Source: a virus
Length of the DNA: 64,000 nucleotides
Virus record (IMG/VR): IMGVR_UViG_3300002131_000090
Span: 82,633-146,632 of that record
Reading direction: 5' to 3' (one strand)
The position numbers and the translations under genes are program-made. Shown piece by piece: positions 20,060 to 33,500 of this stretch; the first letter of the stretch is position 1; each line of letters starts with the position of its first letter. The notes beneath the pieces are model-generated. The model was not told where the DNA came from. It searched no databases and saw only the letters and a list, made by a program, of their open reading frames with translations.

Positions 20060-21865
20060 TTAAACACTAGAAACTAATTCTTGATCATATAGCCAAACAT
20101 TTGCTCCATTTATAATAAATCTTTTTAGAGATCTTGTTGGTACAAAGGATACAGATTCACTTACATTACTAAAACTAACGTCTTGTATAACACTTTGATT
20201 TTCTGTACCATTTTTATCAACTGCAACAGTAGTTTTTGCAAGTCCATCGCCTGCATTATACAAAATTGTTCCGCTGTAACTTACGCAATGAACGTATGCA
20301 TAAACACCAGTATTTCGTGCTGCTGCTGGATATAAATCTTCTAATACTAAAGCAACATCGCCGTTAGTTAATCCAGTAATATCTAAATACAAAGATACAT
20401 CTTGATTTAACGTTGTTTCGTCTACATACTCTTTTGTTGCAACAGTGTTAGGATCGTCACTTACATCTGGTGTAGCAACTCCTAGTATTTTTCTAAATCC
20501 GCTGATTGTAATATCACCTGAGCTTGTAATAGTTAACGGATTGGTTGTTGTTATTGTTGTCCCATTTAAATTTATGTTATCAACGTCTAAACTTGTAAGT
20601 GTACCAATTGAAGTTAATCCAGAAGCAGTTGTTACTCCTGCTCCTAATGCAGTTGAACTTAATACAATAGCATTGTTAATCTTATAACTATGCCCAACTG
20701 GTAAATCAAAGTTAGCAGAACTTGTCCAGTTACCAGTACCGCCTGTGTTTAACCATGTAATACTTTTGTCATCACCGGTTGCTCTAACAACTATACCAGC
20801 ACCATTAACACCTACGTCATCTAAAAGTACACTATCAGAAGTAATTGCTAATTCAATTAGCTTGTCTTCAACACGCAATGTACTTACATCAATACTGGTT
20901 GTGTCACCTTCAACAATAAAGTTTCCAGTAACTCTTAGGTCACCTGTAACATCTAAACTGTATTGAGGATTACTTTGCCAAATACCAACTTTAGTTTCGC
21001 TGTTATCCACTGTTATAACATCAACCGGAAACAACCCTTGCTTTATTTGAATTTTCAAATCTGCTGCAGAGTTTTGTGTTTGCATAAACACAGTATTGCC
21101 AGATACACTTACTTTAAAATCACTGTCGTCACCTACTACAAATCCAGTGTCGTTTTTTACATGCAGTGTTCCTGTAGTAGTATTATTCGTTGAGGTCTTT
21201 AAAAAGTTATCAGGTGTATACGGATTACTGGCTCCATCTAATAACGAAAGTGCAGTTGAGGCAGTTCCGTAATATCTAAAATTAGCATAAGCAGTACTTA
21301 TATTAATACCTGCATTAATAGTTGTACCAAAATTTGTAATTGTAGTCGCTGCTGTAAATTCTACTTTACTAATGATTGCAATTGCTGTGCCGCCGATCAT
21401 TAGTCTAGCAACTGTTCTTTCATTACCACTTATATCAATTATAGTTTGTACATCAAATCCAGTAACACCTTGTCCGTATGTATAAATTGGACCTGCTAGA
21501 ATAGTTTGAGTGCCATCACTAAAACTAACTTGTTTATTTGTAGAATCAACCCATATGTCACCTGCTAACAATGCCGGTGCTGTTGCACTAACTATAGTAG
21601 TATCCGCAGAACGAAATACTAATCCGTTATATACTTTTAATCTACCTTCGCTAGAATCGTACCATAGTTGTCCTGTGATAGGATATAATGGTTCGGATGT
21701 ACTAGCAAAATTTTCTAATAATTTAACAAAGTTTTCGTTAAAATCTTCACCATATCCTGTATAGTTTTTTCCTACTAATGTTAAATCGGTACTAGCTTGA
21801 TCAATTCTTCCATCGATTAATTCGACTAACAACGTCCCGTCTGTTTTATTAATTGTATAGCTCAT
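20060..21865 (-). CDS. tail fibre protein
   Basis: Shared N-terminal module (GKNYTGYGEDFNENFVKLLENFA...GQLWYD); beta-rich fibre repeats (LDVTGDLRVTGN, VATKEYVD). Confidence 0.65.
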   Translation of the reverse strand: MSYTINKTDGTLLVELIDGRIDQASTDLTLVGKNYTGYGEDFNENFVKLLENFASTSEPLYPITGQLWYDSSEGRLKVYNGLVFRSADTTIVSATAPALLAGDIWVDSTNKQVSFSDGTQTILAGPIYTYGQGVTGFDVQTIIDISGNERTVARLMIGGTAIAIISKVEFTAATTITNFGTTINAGINISTAYANFRYYGTASTALSLLDGASNPYTPDNFLKTSTNNTTTGTLHVKNDTGFVVGDDSDFKVSVSGNTVFMQTQNSAADLKIQIKQGLFPVDVITVDNSETKVGIWQSNPQYSLDVTGDLRVTGNFIVEGDTTSIDVSTLRVEDKLIELAITSDSVLLDDVGVNGAGIVVRATGDDKSITWLNTGGTGNWTSSANFDLPVGHSYKINNAIVLSSTALGAGVTTASGLTSIGTLTSLDVDNINLNGTTITTTNPLTITSSGDITISGFRKILGVATPDVSDDPNTVATKEYVDETTLNQDVSLYLDITGLTNGDVALVLEDLYPAAARNTGVYAYVHCVSYSGTILYNAGDGLAKTTVAVDKNGTENQSVIQDVSFSNVSESVSFVPTRSLKRFIINGANVWLYDQELVSSV

Positions 21866-23871
21866 TAAAAGACTCCATGAAAGATGATATAATTGACAGT
21901 TGTAAACGGTGGCACGGTAGTAAATTCATCTTGAGAACTGAATCCTTCGATGCTACCTGTTCTTATAATACCAGTGCCTGGATCTCCGCCAACTGCATTT
22001 GTAGTAGTAGTAGCAGAATCAGTCACCGAAGTTAATCCTGATGTTGCAAGGAACGGAGTTCCGGCATCGCCTTCTAAAGTATGATAGTGGTCTGGTAGTT
22101 GATCAGGTGTAATTAATGCACTCTCATCGCCGCCTACGTTACCAATAGTGTTAACACCTACATCGTTTAAAACGCGAGTTCCAGCTGACGCTGCGCCAAT
22201 CCAACCTAATGGAAATCTTCCTCGCATATCAGGAGCTTTAAATAATAATGACGGTGACGATGACGTACCAAACGAAGCACCTATGACAGTATATAATGCA
22301 TTATATGTTGCTATAGTATATTCTGCTCCATCACATAAGAACCAACCTGCCGGTGCAGTTGTTCCGCCCCACATAGATATCATTCCTACTGGCGTTACAG
22401 GACCTACTGCAGAGTTTGGTATTTTACTAACTAGATTAGTTTGTGTAATTCTTTTAAGTGTGCCGGCATTATTAATTAATACTTCGTCAGTTGTTAGAAC
22501 TGTTGTAGCTAATGTCTTTCCAGTAAAGAAGCTATCGTTTAATGATGTAGTAAAAGTTTTTGTAGTTCCACCAGTCTGTCCATCAAATGTGAAGCTACTA
22601 GCACTTACATCGCCAGTTAATGCAAATGTAGTCGGACTCGAAAGTTTTCCTGCAGTAGCAGCAGCACCTGTTATACTCCCTGCTAATGACCCAACAAATG
22701 ATCCGTAAAAGTTGTTTGCATAGACATTGTTAAATTTAAGTAAGTTAGTTCCTATACTTGTAGTTTGAGTTGTTTCTGGTAAAATATTACCAGACACCGT
22801 AGTTGTTCCAGTTATATCAATTGCACCGCCAACTACAATATCTTGAGCAACGCCAATGCCGCCTTTAACAACTAATGATCCAGTGCCAATGCTAGAGCTA
22901 TTAGTAGTGCTATTAGCTGTGATAGTGCCAGATGCATATATATTTCCAACAACGTCAAGTGCTTCGGTTGGGATTTTAGTAGGCGAGCCTATTGCTACTT
23001 TAGTGTCATTAAATATTCTTAATGCAGTAGTTGCAGTTCCACTATTGTTTACTTTAAAGTCAATGTTGCCATCGCTGGTTGTATTTCTAATTTCTGCAGT
23101 ACTTCCGGAAACAGACAGCGATAGAGTTGAATTTTCGCCAATTGAAACTCCACTATTAGTTGATACTTTTAACAGTTGAGTTAATACGTTTGCTGCGTCT
23201 AATCTAGCAAAAGCTGCTCCGTTATAGGCAGTACCTGATACTAGTAATTGTTCAGATTTTTGAGATGTACCGTAGTACTTATAACTGCTACTAACGTTAA
23301 CACCTGCACTAATTGTAGCAAAGCCACTTATAGCAGCTTTTGGCGTAAAGCTAGTTGAACTTATAATTGATACTGGAGTACCGTCTGAATAATTTATAAT
23401 TATAGGAATGTTTACGTTTTCTGTACTTGCTATAGTTTCAAATTGCGCTCCTGTAGTATTGCCTTCTGAGTATTCTGGTCCTACTAAAACCCAGCCACTT
23501 CCGCTGTATAGATATAATTGTTGAGAACTTGTATTAACCCATAGGTCGCCTACAACACTTAATGATGCATCTGGCGCCGATGTTGCTTTTTTTAATCCAC
23601 CTGCACTTATCCATTGTGCCCCTGTGTATATTTTAAGTTGATCAACACCGTCGGTGTTATCATACCATAGTTGACCTTCTACTGGATTAATTGGGCTATT
23701 ATTATTAGCAAAATTTTCCAATAGATGCAAAAAGTTTTCTAAAACCACAGTTCCGTAATCAGTAAAATTACGTCCAGGTAGTCCTAGACTAGTCTCTACA
23801 TTTAGAGTAGTATCTTCTACTGTAATAGATCCTTTATTAACACTGTCGGTAAAATTTACTGTATATGCCAT
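21865..23871 (-). CDS. tail fibre protein with C-terminal phage tail collar domain
   Basis: PVGMISMWGGTTAPAGWFLCDG...LYTVIG...PDMRGRFPLG...QLPDHYH...PPFTTVNYII is the tail-collar signature. Confidence 0.8.
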   Translation of the reverse strand: MAYTVNFTDSVNKGSITVEDTTLNVETSLGLPGRNFTDYGTVVLENFLHLLENFANNNSPINPVEGQLWYDNTDGVDQLKIYTGAQWISAGGLKKATSAPDASLSVVGDLWVNTSSQQLYLYSGSGWVLVGPEYSEGNTTGAQFETIASTENVNIPIIINYSDGTPVSIISSTSFTPKAAISGFATISAGVNVSSSYKYYGTSQKSEQLLVSGTAYNGAAFARLDAANVLTQLLKVSTNSGVSIGENSTLSLSVSGSTAEIRNTTSDGNIDFKVNNSGTATTALRIFNDTKVAIGSPTKIPTEALDVVGNIYASGTITANSTTNSSSIGTGSLVVKGGIGVAQDIVVGGAIDITGTTTVSGNILPETTQTTSIGTNLLKFNNVYANNFYGSFVGSLAGSITGAAATAGKLSSPTTFALTGDVSASSFTFDGQTGGTTKTFTTSLNDSFFTGKTLATTVLTTDEVLINNAGTLKRITQTNLVSKIPNSAVGPVTPVGMISMWGGTTAPAGWFLCDGAEYTIATYNALYTVIGASFGTSSSPSLLFKAPDMRGRFPLGWIGAASAGTRVLNDVGVNTIGNVGGDESALITPDQLPDHYHTLEGDAGTPFLATSGLTSVTDSATTTTNAVGGDPGTGIIRTGSIEGFSSQDEFTTVPPFTTVNYIIFHGVF

Positions 23872-23875
23872 TTAA

Positions 23876-24487
23876 TTATACTCCATTTAGTCCGCTAAGA
23901 CTTTGTATTCTTACAGTATAATCAATTTGAATTAATCTATTCAAACTCTTTTGTACTGGGTGGAAAATAACATGAGTGATCAATCTGCCATCGCCGGATG
24001 CATTATAACTTCTTAAACCTAGTTCATCAAATACAAACTCCGAGTCTGTATTAGCCGAAGTATCAAACGCTTGTTGGCCGTTTGGTTCGCTATAATCTAG
24101 TAAACAACTTACTACAATGTCGGTATAATTTGTACCAGGTACGTGTCTTATTTCCGTTTTATTTCTATACGGATCTGTGTTGTTTACACTTCTATCATCA
24201 ACAATCTTTGCATATGTTTGGTTATAAAGACTACTGTTTGTTCCAGTAGTATTTGGAGTTAAGTACGTAATTATACCAGTAGGATCGACACTAGTACCTC
24301 CGTTGCCAAACGACATCTGATATATGAACCCTTGACCTGCGTTGCTTAAACTCTCAGCTAGGGCCACACTCATATTTTCGTAATGAATTGCATTACGTTT
24401 GTTAATGAATATCTGTTTGCTCAAAGGGTCATATATTTTAATATGCCCTTCAATATGTATTCCGTTGTAATCTTTAAAGTCTGTCAT
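23876..24487 (-). CDS. baseplate/tail-fibre attachment structural protein
   Basis: FVFDELGL...HVIFHPVQKS...IDYTVRI; position in baseplate operon; late promoter upstream. Confidence 0.5.
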   Translation of the reverse strand: MTDFKDYNGIHIEGHIKIYDPLSKQIFINKRNAIHYENMSVALAESLSNAGQGFIYQMSFGNGGTSVDPTGIITYLTPNTTGTNSSLYNQTYAKIVDDRSVNNTDPYRNKTEIRHVPGTNYTDIVVSCLLDYSEPNGQQAFDTSANTDSEFVFDELGLRSYNASGDGRLITHVIFHPVQKSLNRLIQIDYTVRIQSLSGLNGV

Positions 24488-24505
24488 GTTTTATACCTTA
24501 TACTG

Positions 24506-24513
24506 TATTTATT
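24506..24513 (-). promoter_or_regulatory. T4-like late promoter (AATAAATA)
   Basis: TAAATA core overlapping the stop codon of the giant gene. Confidence 0.45.
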
Positions 24514-27500
24514 TAGGTAAGCTGATTGTTGCGCCGCGTAAGAATCTGCTTATTGCATTATCCGATTGTGCTAAACTATTATTACCATTGTTCCATATTT
24601 TTCCTGTTTTTCTAACAATTTTAACGTCTATTCCTGCATCTGGTGTAGTACTTAACAATACATCGTTCCCTGATATTGTAAATTCGGGTTCTAATGTAAC
24701 TGTTCCTTTGTTACTGTTGTATCTATCAATATCTAATGATGGATTGTGTACGGTTAATGCAGTTTTTCTTAAACGTATACCTCCAACAAACACATCGATT
24801 TCATTTACATTAGTAGAAGCCATGTAATCTCTAAATGCTATCTGATAGCTGCCAGAACTACCATCAGAAATAGTTGTTTGCGATAAAATTACATCCGAAT
24901 AGTTTATTGTTTCGTCAAGTCCTTGTCCGTATGCAACTGTTCCAACTGCATATACATTTCTAACACCAGTTCCGAGTGTACCTCTTCTTAACTGTGTTAA
25001 ATCTCTTCCAGAAATTCCAAAGTACTCTATTCTTTCACCTTCAATGAATATAACTCCAGGAATATTTTTACTTGTGTTTGGTTGGAAAAGTCCGTCTGCA
25101 CTTTCAAGACTTATTTTATGATCGTAGTAATTAAGAGATGATATTAATGCATAACCTTTATCTTGATTTAATCTCTTGTAATGAGTTCTGTCTAACATAT
25201 CTTTAAATATTCTAAATCCAAACTTAGCAGTAGTTGGTGCGTTAGCAAATTGTAATACATCAATTATATCGTTCTCTAAAGGCTTGTTTACTAGTTGTAT
25301 AGCATCGCCTGCTGGTAATAGATAATAATCAATGTGCGGAGTTAGCAAGGTACCGTTTACCGAAACCCATGCATACTCGGCACTGCTTATTGTACCGCGA
25401 AGTCTTACATAACCGCCAACTATAAGATTTCTTTGAATATAAGAGAACGTATCAATTGGCAGTGGAGCATACCCTGTACTATCTTCTGGATTAGTAATAC
25501 CAACTGTTCTGACTTTATAAGTAATTCTTTCAAACTGATTTACATCGTGATTACTGAAAGTATATATCTCAACTTCTTCTCCGCTTGAAGGAGCAATTGC
25601 AAATGTAACACTATCGCTAAGAACATATGATACATCTGTAATATAAGCATCGTGATTGACTTCTGAATTACTCAAAAGAAGAATATTAAATTCTGTACTG
25701 TTGTATTGTGTAAACAACGCATGTATATCTTTACGATAACTTCTTACTACAACTGATGATTGACTAATTGATTTAATTATTGCATTAACAGATGTTGCAC
25801 TGCTGTCTATTGATTGTATAACAATTTCGTCACCTACATTAAATGTAGATGATATATTAATTTCAGAACTGTCTATTGATTGTAAGTCTATTTGCGTATC
25901 AACAAAGTAGTATTCTGCATCGCCAATTACAAAAATATCAAGTTTTGTTCCTTGAGGTGCAACATCGTTTCTTAATAGAGTTATTCTTCCATTAATAGGA
26001 TCCCATGTAAACTCTGTTCTTGTTAAACGTACACCGTCAGCAAATACTAAAACTTCAGCTTCGTCAATTAAACTTATATCTTCAAATTGCCATTCCTCAA
26101 TGTCATATGTTCTATGACTTTGTGTTGTGTAAGAAGTACTATAACCAGGATTAAGAATTGTATCGTTAACTTTAACTAGAATTTTATGAGAGAACGGTTG
26201 ACTTTCAAACGGAGCAGGATTAACTGTATGATAATCAGTTGTACCATTAGATTCAAACGTTCTATCAATAACTACTTGACTATAAGTCTTAACTGTTGTA
26301 CTATAGATACTATACTGGAAAAAGTCACCTTCTGCTAGGATACCTGGTTCAAAAACAATTTTAAGTCTGTTTGAAGCATTGTCTTCTGTTGTTGTAACTA
26401 GATAGTTGTAATCCACCCCACTTGTTTTTACAATTCCGTTTACTGTTAAAAATACAGATAAGCTGTCTGTCCATATTGCGCCAGTAATAAATGTTGTAGT
26501 GCTACCGTCTGACGTAAAGTAGTTTGTTTCAATTAGATTATTACCATTTGTACCTATTGTTGTAATAGCTAAACTGGATCCAATAGAAATACTACTGTCT
26601 GCAAACTCAAGTGTGTTATTCTCAAAATTCAAGTTATATCTGCTTGGATCTTGAATTACATTGTCAAGTTTTACAATTACAGATTCTGTTGTTTGTGCAA
26701 TTCCAGGTAACCCAAATATTACAGTAGATCCATCTAAAAGAACGTAATTTGTAGTACTGATTACACCTACGCCGTCGGAATCTCTATGATAAACTTTTAT
26801 ATCAAGGGTATCTACTATTTCTCCCGGAACAAGTTCTTCAGGACCTTTGCTTGTAGTTGGAGTAACAAACCCATCGCCGTCAACTGTAATATCTTCAGTT
26901 AACAGTCCTGTAGCAGTTGTGTATGCTAGGTTGCCGCCGCCTAATGCAGTATCATAACTTGTGCTTGATGGAGTATAACTTCCATCGCTTGTACTTTTTC
27001 TAATGATTACTATATCGCCGGCAAATGTTGGAACAAGGTCTTCGTCAATTGTAATTGTATCTGTTACCCCATCACCGACTATTGTTTCCAATACTGCATT
27101 TGGATTAGATAGCACAGTTGTTAAGTCATACTCTGGATCGTCAAGTCTAACTCCGTTTAGATAGAAGTTATATTCAACTCCGTCTTCTAATGCTTTAGAT
27201 AGTTGGAATACTGTTGTACTGCCGTCAAGTACAAAGATTTCGTCTTCGTATGTGTTATCAAATGTATCCCACGGTGCAGCACCAAATAATCCGCCAAATC
27301 CTTGTTCGTTTCCAAATCCAATGCTATCAAATTTTACACCTGAATATTCAACGCCGTCCATCAGCTGTGCTAAATCTTTACCAGCCATTCCAGTTGTAGG
27401 ATTATAGAAGAAGTTTATTCTGTCTGCAGCACTTAAGAAGCTAACATCTTTCATGTAGTAAACTTTAATAACTGCTCCTACTGCAGGTGCTTTTACAAAT

Positions 27501-30500
27501 CTAATACGACCGCGTTGCACATTATAACCAAGTGTTAAATGTGATGTGCCCGGACCTGCTGCAGTGTTTTGCAACGTGTCATAGTTAAATGATTCATCAT
27601 CATATAACTTCTCTTGGTCAGTTGTAAAAGAATTAGAAACAGTATATGTACTACTTAATTGTAGAGTATTATTAATGTAAACACTGTACTGATCAGTTCT
27701 AATATCAAGTGGCCACTTAGTATTAAAAGTGCGCTGGGAGCCAGTGCCGACAAATGTTTCGTATCCATCTACATTTGGTTTAAGGTCAGTAACATAATAA
27801 TTGCCACTAACTCTGTCAAACTTAATTGTAATATGTGCAGATCTAACCAGTGGATTTCCAAGTACCGGAGATACTTTAGCAGTATATCCGTTTGTATCAG
27901 GATCGGCAACAGTTACAGTTGGCGGAGTAATAAAACGCTCACCTCTTGTTATTAATTCAACTTGATAAACAGCACCTTTTCTAACATAAGCTCTAGCAGT
28001 TGCACCATTACTTGGTGTTACTGTTACAGCTGGTGATGAAGTATAACCAGACCCGCCTTCAACTACTTCATATGATACAACATGATAACCGTTGTTATCT
28101 ACCCAATTATCATAAGGAGAGTAAAGATATTTGTCAAGTATATTAGTTACAACACCATCCTGCACTGTTGCAATACTTGTTTCGATAATGTTAGTTTCTT
28201 CGTTGTAACTTGGAGGTAAATCAAAGTCAGTTGTTAATGAACCAGTTGGTTCAACATAAGTGTAACTACTAATATATTCTCTCACCTTAGTACTGTAAGG
28301 TTTTACTTCGTTAACATAGTCTTGATAATTTTCTAAATTATCATTCTGGAATGTAAGTTCTTGACGGAAATCTCCAAGGTTATGTTTTGCTCTTACAAAA
28401 CTTGTTTTGAATATCCAATCAATATTTGACTGTTCTGCAAATGCGTATCGTACACCTGCAAAGAATAGCTTGTTGTATTCTACTGCTAAGTCGCTTATAA
28501 AGATATCGTCACGTAGTGCTATAATTATATTTCTTAGTTCATATATTGGTTCTCTATCATAAAATGATGTATCGTATATTCCGTTGTCAAATCCAGTAGA
28601 AACAGTATACAAATACGGACTAAGTTGTAAAGTTCCGTTTTGTCGTCCTACAGTACGATAATTAATTGTATAATCTTCTGTTAGCTGATCGTCAACTTTT
28701 TCTAATAATAGCCAGCCGCCGCTGCCTACGTTTTCAATTTTAACTATGTCACCAATAATATCATTTAAAGGATATAGTTTATAGCTCGAGTCTATTAAAT
28801 GTTTAATTTCAGTTGAACTAGCGTATCCTTCGGCATACCAATCTGTATAACTCCAATAACGTGTAGTATCATATGCTTGATTGCTAGTTCTGAACCATAC
28901 TTGCTGTGCAGAATCCCAACTATAAATTGCCCAACGGTTTCCAATTTCAGAATCTGAACTTACTAATACCGAGAATGGGCGAACTTCTAAAGCGGTATCT
29001 GGTGAATAGTTTTTACCTTGAGAACGTATATTAACACTGGTAACTTGCCCTAAATTGTTTATAGTTGTTTTAATAATAGCCCTAGAACCATAAGTGTCTG
29101 TTACAGTAACAACCGGAGAAACTTTATATCCTCTACCAGCATTCAGAATAGTAACATTTGTTATTTTTCCATTAACAACAGTAGGTTGCAACACTGCTTG
29201 AGAAAGTTTTGCAACTCCAAGAAATTGAAGTTGACTTACTGTATCTGCTGTAGTGTCATATTTTCCTACGTTGATATTAGGAACTTCGTCTTTAAGTAAC
29301 ATACCTGTTAAGTTGTAGTTGTCAACAATTTGGTTTTCTGCAAATACAATATTAACTCTTTCAACAAACTGTTTAAGTGCTTCTATTCTATTAACAAACA
29401 TACTTTGTCTTGGAACATTTAAAATTCCATATTTTTGTTTTACAGTTAATCTAGTATCGGGCACTGGTTTATTATTAGAGTCGTAACCTATTAAACTGTC
29501 AAACCACTTTGTTTCTATTTCACTGTTTACACGACTTGTATCCAGTCCTTCTGTAATTAGCTGATATTCGTTGTGTGTATTTGATTGTAGTTCGTTATCT
29601 TTATAAAATCCAAAGTGTAGTATTGTGTTAGTACCTTCGACTAACCCTTTAGAGTTATATAATGCAAACTTGTCTTTATCAAGTGGTGCAATAAATCTAT
29701 ATCCAAAGCCTGCAGGGTCTTCTATCAGTGCTGCAACTTGCTGCGCTGATAGTCTTCTGTTATTATTGTTTTGTGGTAATATTCTATTATTTTTAACCCA
29801 GAAGTAGTATTTTAAAACAGTTGTATTTTTTTCAACATCGTATGTATTTTTAAAACTAAAAATTGTATCATCGTATAGCGGAAGCCCGCTGATTCCTCTT
29901 GAAATGCCTGCAGTTGTATCAGCTAATGCAGCCCATTCAGTTGGAGATACATCTGACCTTACCCATTCGTATACATCAACAGTTGACCCAACTGTTAGTT
30001 TATTCCATACAGAAGATCTATATTGTATATCGCCTTGGTACGGATTGTACCAACTAGCAGTACTCATATCCCACCATAACATTCCAACGTATTTGTCTGT
30101 CCAATTAATCGAACTATCAACAGTAATGTCAGTAATGGTTCCTGATGCATTAACAGAATATGTTGCTGGATCGTAATGAGTTTTGAAACTTAATTCTTGT
30201 TCTGCCGGTCCTGCAAATTTTCCTTGACGTGGATCAATAATATCTAAGTTTAAAATTAAATCGCTTGTATCGTTTGCATATAAGAAACAACGTTGTATTG
30301 CTGGTATGCTAACTTTGCCAGACTGTTGTGCAATATTCACCCAAGCATTGGCATTTTGTTCTGATCTTAAGTCTGCAAGAATACCAACAGAAGAGTTGTC
30401 AGTTATATTATATCCGTCTTCTAACGAAGAATCACCAACTAAGTTAAGATCAACTTTTGGTAAGCCTATATATAAATGATTGTTTACTAATTTAAAATTA

Positions 30501-33500
30501 CTTACATCATTAAATTTAATATTTCTATTATACGCTGCATCTTCTCCGTATATATAATAGTCATCAATTTCTTGCCATATAGAAACTCGTCCTGAGTCCT
30601 TTATAGTAGTAATTAACTTAGTAGAATTACCATCAAACGTAGTAGGTGCTGCACTTTCTGCAGAAGTATTATCAAATACATAAACAGAATATATATTAGC
30701 ACCGTCTTCGTCTTTACCAACAACTACATTATAATTTAATTCAGTGTATCTGTCAAGTGTTGTATGAATCTTTGTATCTGTGTTTTTTCCACTGATAGCA
30801 AGTTTATTTCCGTAAAAATCTAAACCAGTGCCAAATGCTTCGTTTGGTTCGTCAAACGGACTTTTTAATGTTTGATTAAGTGTATATGTAGATACGTTAT
30901 CTGTTGTAACTTGCTTATAAACATATACTACACCTTGATCAATGCCAGCATCGTCGTTAAGAGGAGCACCAATAGCAATTTTTTCTCCTACTTCGTCAAT
31001 AGCAACAACATAGCCAAAATCTTCTAGCGAATCGTCAGTGTCAATACTTTGGCTATAAGTCCATCTGTTATCAGTATGTCTGTATATTGTAACACGTTCG
31101 TGTGCTGCTGCATTATTTTGATCAGTTGAAGCTGGCATAACAAAAATGTCAGCAAGTTTGTTAACATCAAATATTTTACCTATGTTTGTTGCAGTAGAAA
31201 ATAATGAGGCTTCCGAAGCTTCGATTGATAAATCGCCATGCGGTACATATCCAGTATGCTCTACATCTGTAACTACTTGCCAATCAGTGTTAATTGACGT
31301 TGGAGGCGAAACTCCTGCATCGATGTTTGTTAGTGCTTTATACAAAACATTAGACTCAAATACAATATCATTAATATCGTATTTTGCATAATCACTGTAA
31401 CTTCCTTTGAACTTTCTGTCTTTAGTATATGTCCATGCATCATCTGTATTGTCTAAAAAGTAAATTCTTCCTTGGTCAACAGCATCTTCGCCTGGAGCTC
31501 CAACAAACAACTTTGTTAAGCCAGTTGAAGTTTTTCTTAATTCAACCTTGTATCCAAATCTTTCATCTGTAGTCGGATTTGGACTTACAATACAATGCGA
31601 TAGTTCGTATGTATTATCATCTATTCTGCGTTCATATAAAAATACTGCACCCTGATTTGTATAACCAAAGTCCGTATTTCCAAATTCTGATGTTTCATTT
31701 AAATATGCAGGGGCCCAGTCTTGATCATTTATATCAATAGTACTACTATCGCCCGATCCCCAACTAGCTATGTCAGTTAATGCTCTCCATAGAGTTCCTC
31801 TATCGTTTACAATGTCACCTATGTTATAAGATTTATCTGGTTCAACATAGCCTGCATAATAAGTTTTTGCATTACTTGCATTTGGTGCGCCAACAGCAAT
31901 ATACTTACCGTCTTCACTTATTGCAACGTCAAATCCATATTTGCTATCAACATCAATGGTTGAATTAACTAACAACGTCTGGAATAAAGTTTTTTCTTGT
32001 GCTTCAACATTTCTAGTATAAATTCTTACACTATTGTCTATTGACCCAACAACAACCACAGCATTAGAATCGTTAATGTCAAAACTGGTAGAGAACCCAG
32101 TGCTTGTTACATCTGGATTTACAATTTCTTGTTGTACTGAGAATACAGGATTATTAGTAAACACAGCAAACGATTCTTCGCCACTGTCTATCCATACAGT
32201 ATCATCAAATTCTGAAGCAACTTGTTTTATATTTTGATTTAAGTCGTTTATATCAGTAAAGCGTCTTTTTACAAAACGTGAAACGTTTATTACTGTACTA
32301 TCGTCACCTTCATCTGGTTCTGTAATCTCAGCTTGTGTAATGAATACAACTTCATTACCAACTACACTTTTAACTTTGTGGAACCCGTTAACACCATCTA
32401 GCCTGCTTCTAAGTCCTACAAGTTCATCTTCAACAAAATCTACAGTTGTATCAAAGTAAACTGTAAACCCTATAAGATCTGTTGCATCAAACGTAGTTTC
32501 GTCTGGTAGTCTAGCAATAATGCTTTCAACATTATAGCCTGTGCTCACATGTCTAATTGCATTCCAGTTTTGTTTTTGATTTTTGATCCATACAAAATCG
32601 CCAATTTGTATGTCATCAATATTAAGATTTACTAATTGTTCTTCACTTTCAGAAACAAACGTAACGTCTTCGTTACGGCAGTATCCTGAATTTTTAGTAA
32701 AAATTGATTTATTAACTGTAGTTGAAAATAGTGCAGAATGGTCGTAATCAGTTGGTAACAAAACTGCATCACTTTGTAAAAGTTCGTAAGTTAAATCTGT
32801 TCTGTTTACATTTGTATTATTAACTAATTCAAATAACTGAGGCTCAAGCCTATATTTTGACTCGTCAAGTTTAAATTCTACTTCTATATTGTTTTCTACA
32901 GAACCATACTGGCCTAATCGTATAGCCCATTCTTCGTAAAATTCTAAACTATCAGTGTTTGCACTACTTAAAGCATCAAACAATTTAGTCAAACTATTTT
33001 TTGTACCTTTGTCTTGAATAAATCCTTGATAGAACTTATATTGGCTTACACTATCTGTAATAATATTACTTAGATAATTACGTTTTTGATATCCAATTAA
33101 ATGCTGGCCTAGTCTTTGTTGCTCGGAATCAAAGTTGTCAGTATCTAGACTATAGAAATCTGTAAACTGATTTACTCTATAATCCCAGTTTGGCAATAGC
33201 TCAGGCTCTGGTCTGTCATTTAATATAGACCAGTGGTTTGCATCAAAGTATTCATTACTAGTATGTTTTACAGTTGATACATAATAGAATTCTTTATATT
33301 TTACTAGATCGCCTAATGAGTAATCAGTCCATATGCTCCATACTGTAACTTTTGCATCATCATATATAAATCCAGGAATGTTAAGACTACCGTTCCAGTT
33401 GTCAGTTCTATAACCCACAAGTTTTATTCTATCTTGTCTGTATCCAGTAATTTTATCAAATATTACATCATTAAACACAGTTTCGTTGTCAATAAGAATA

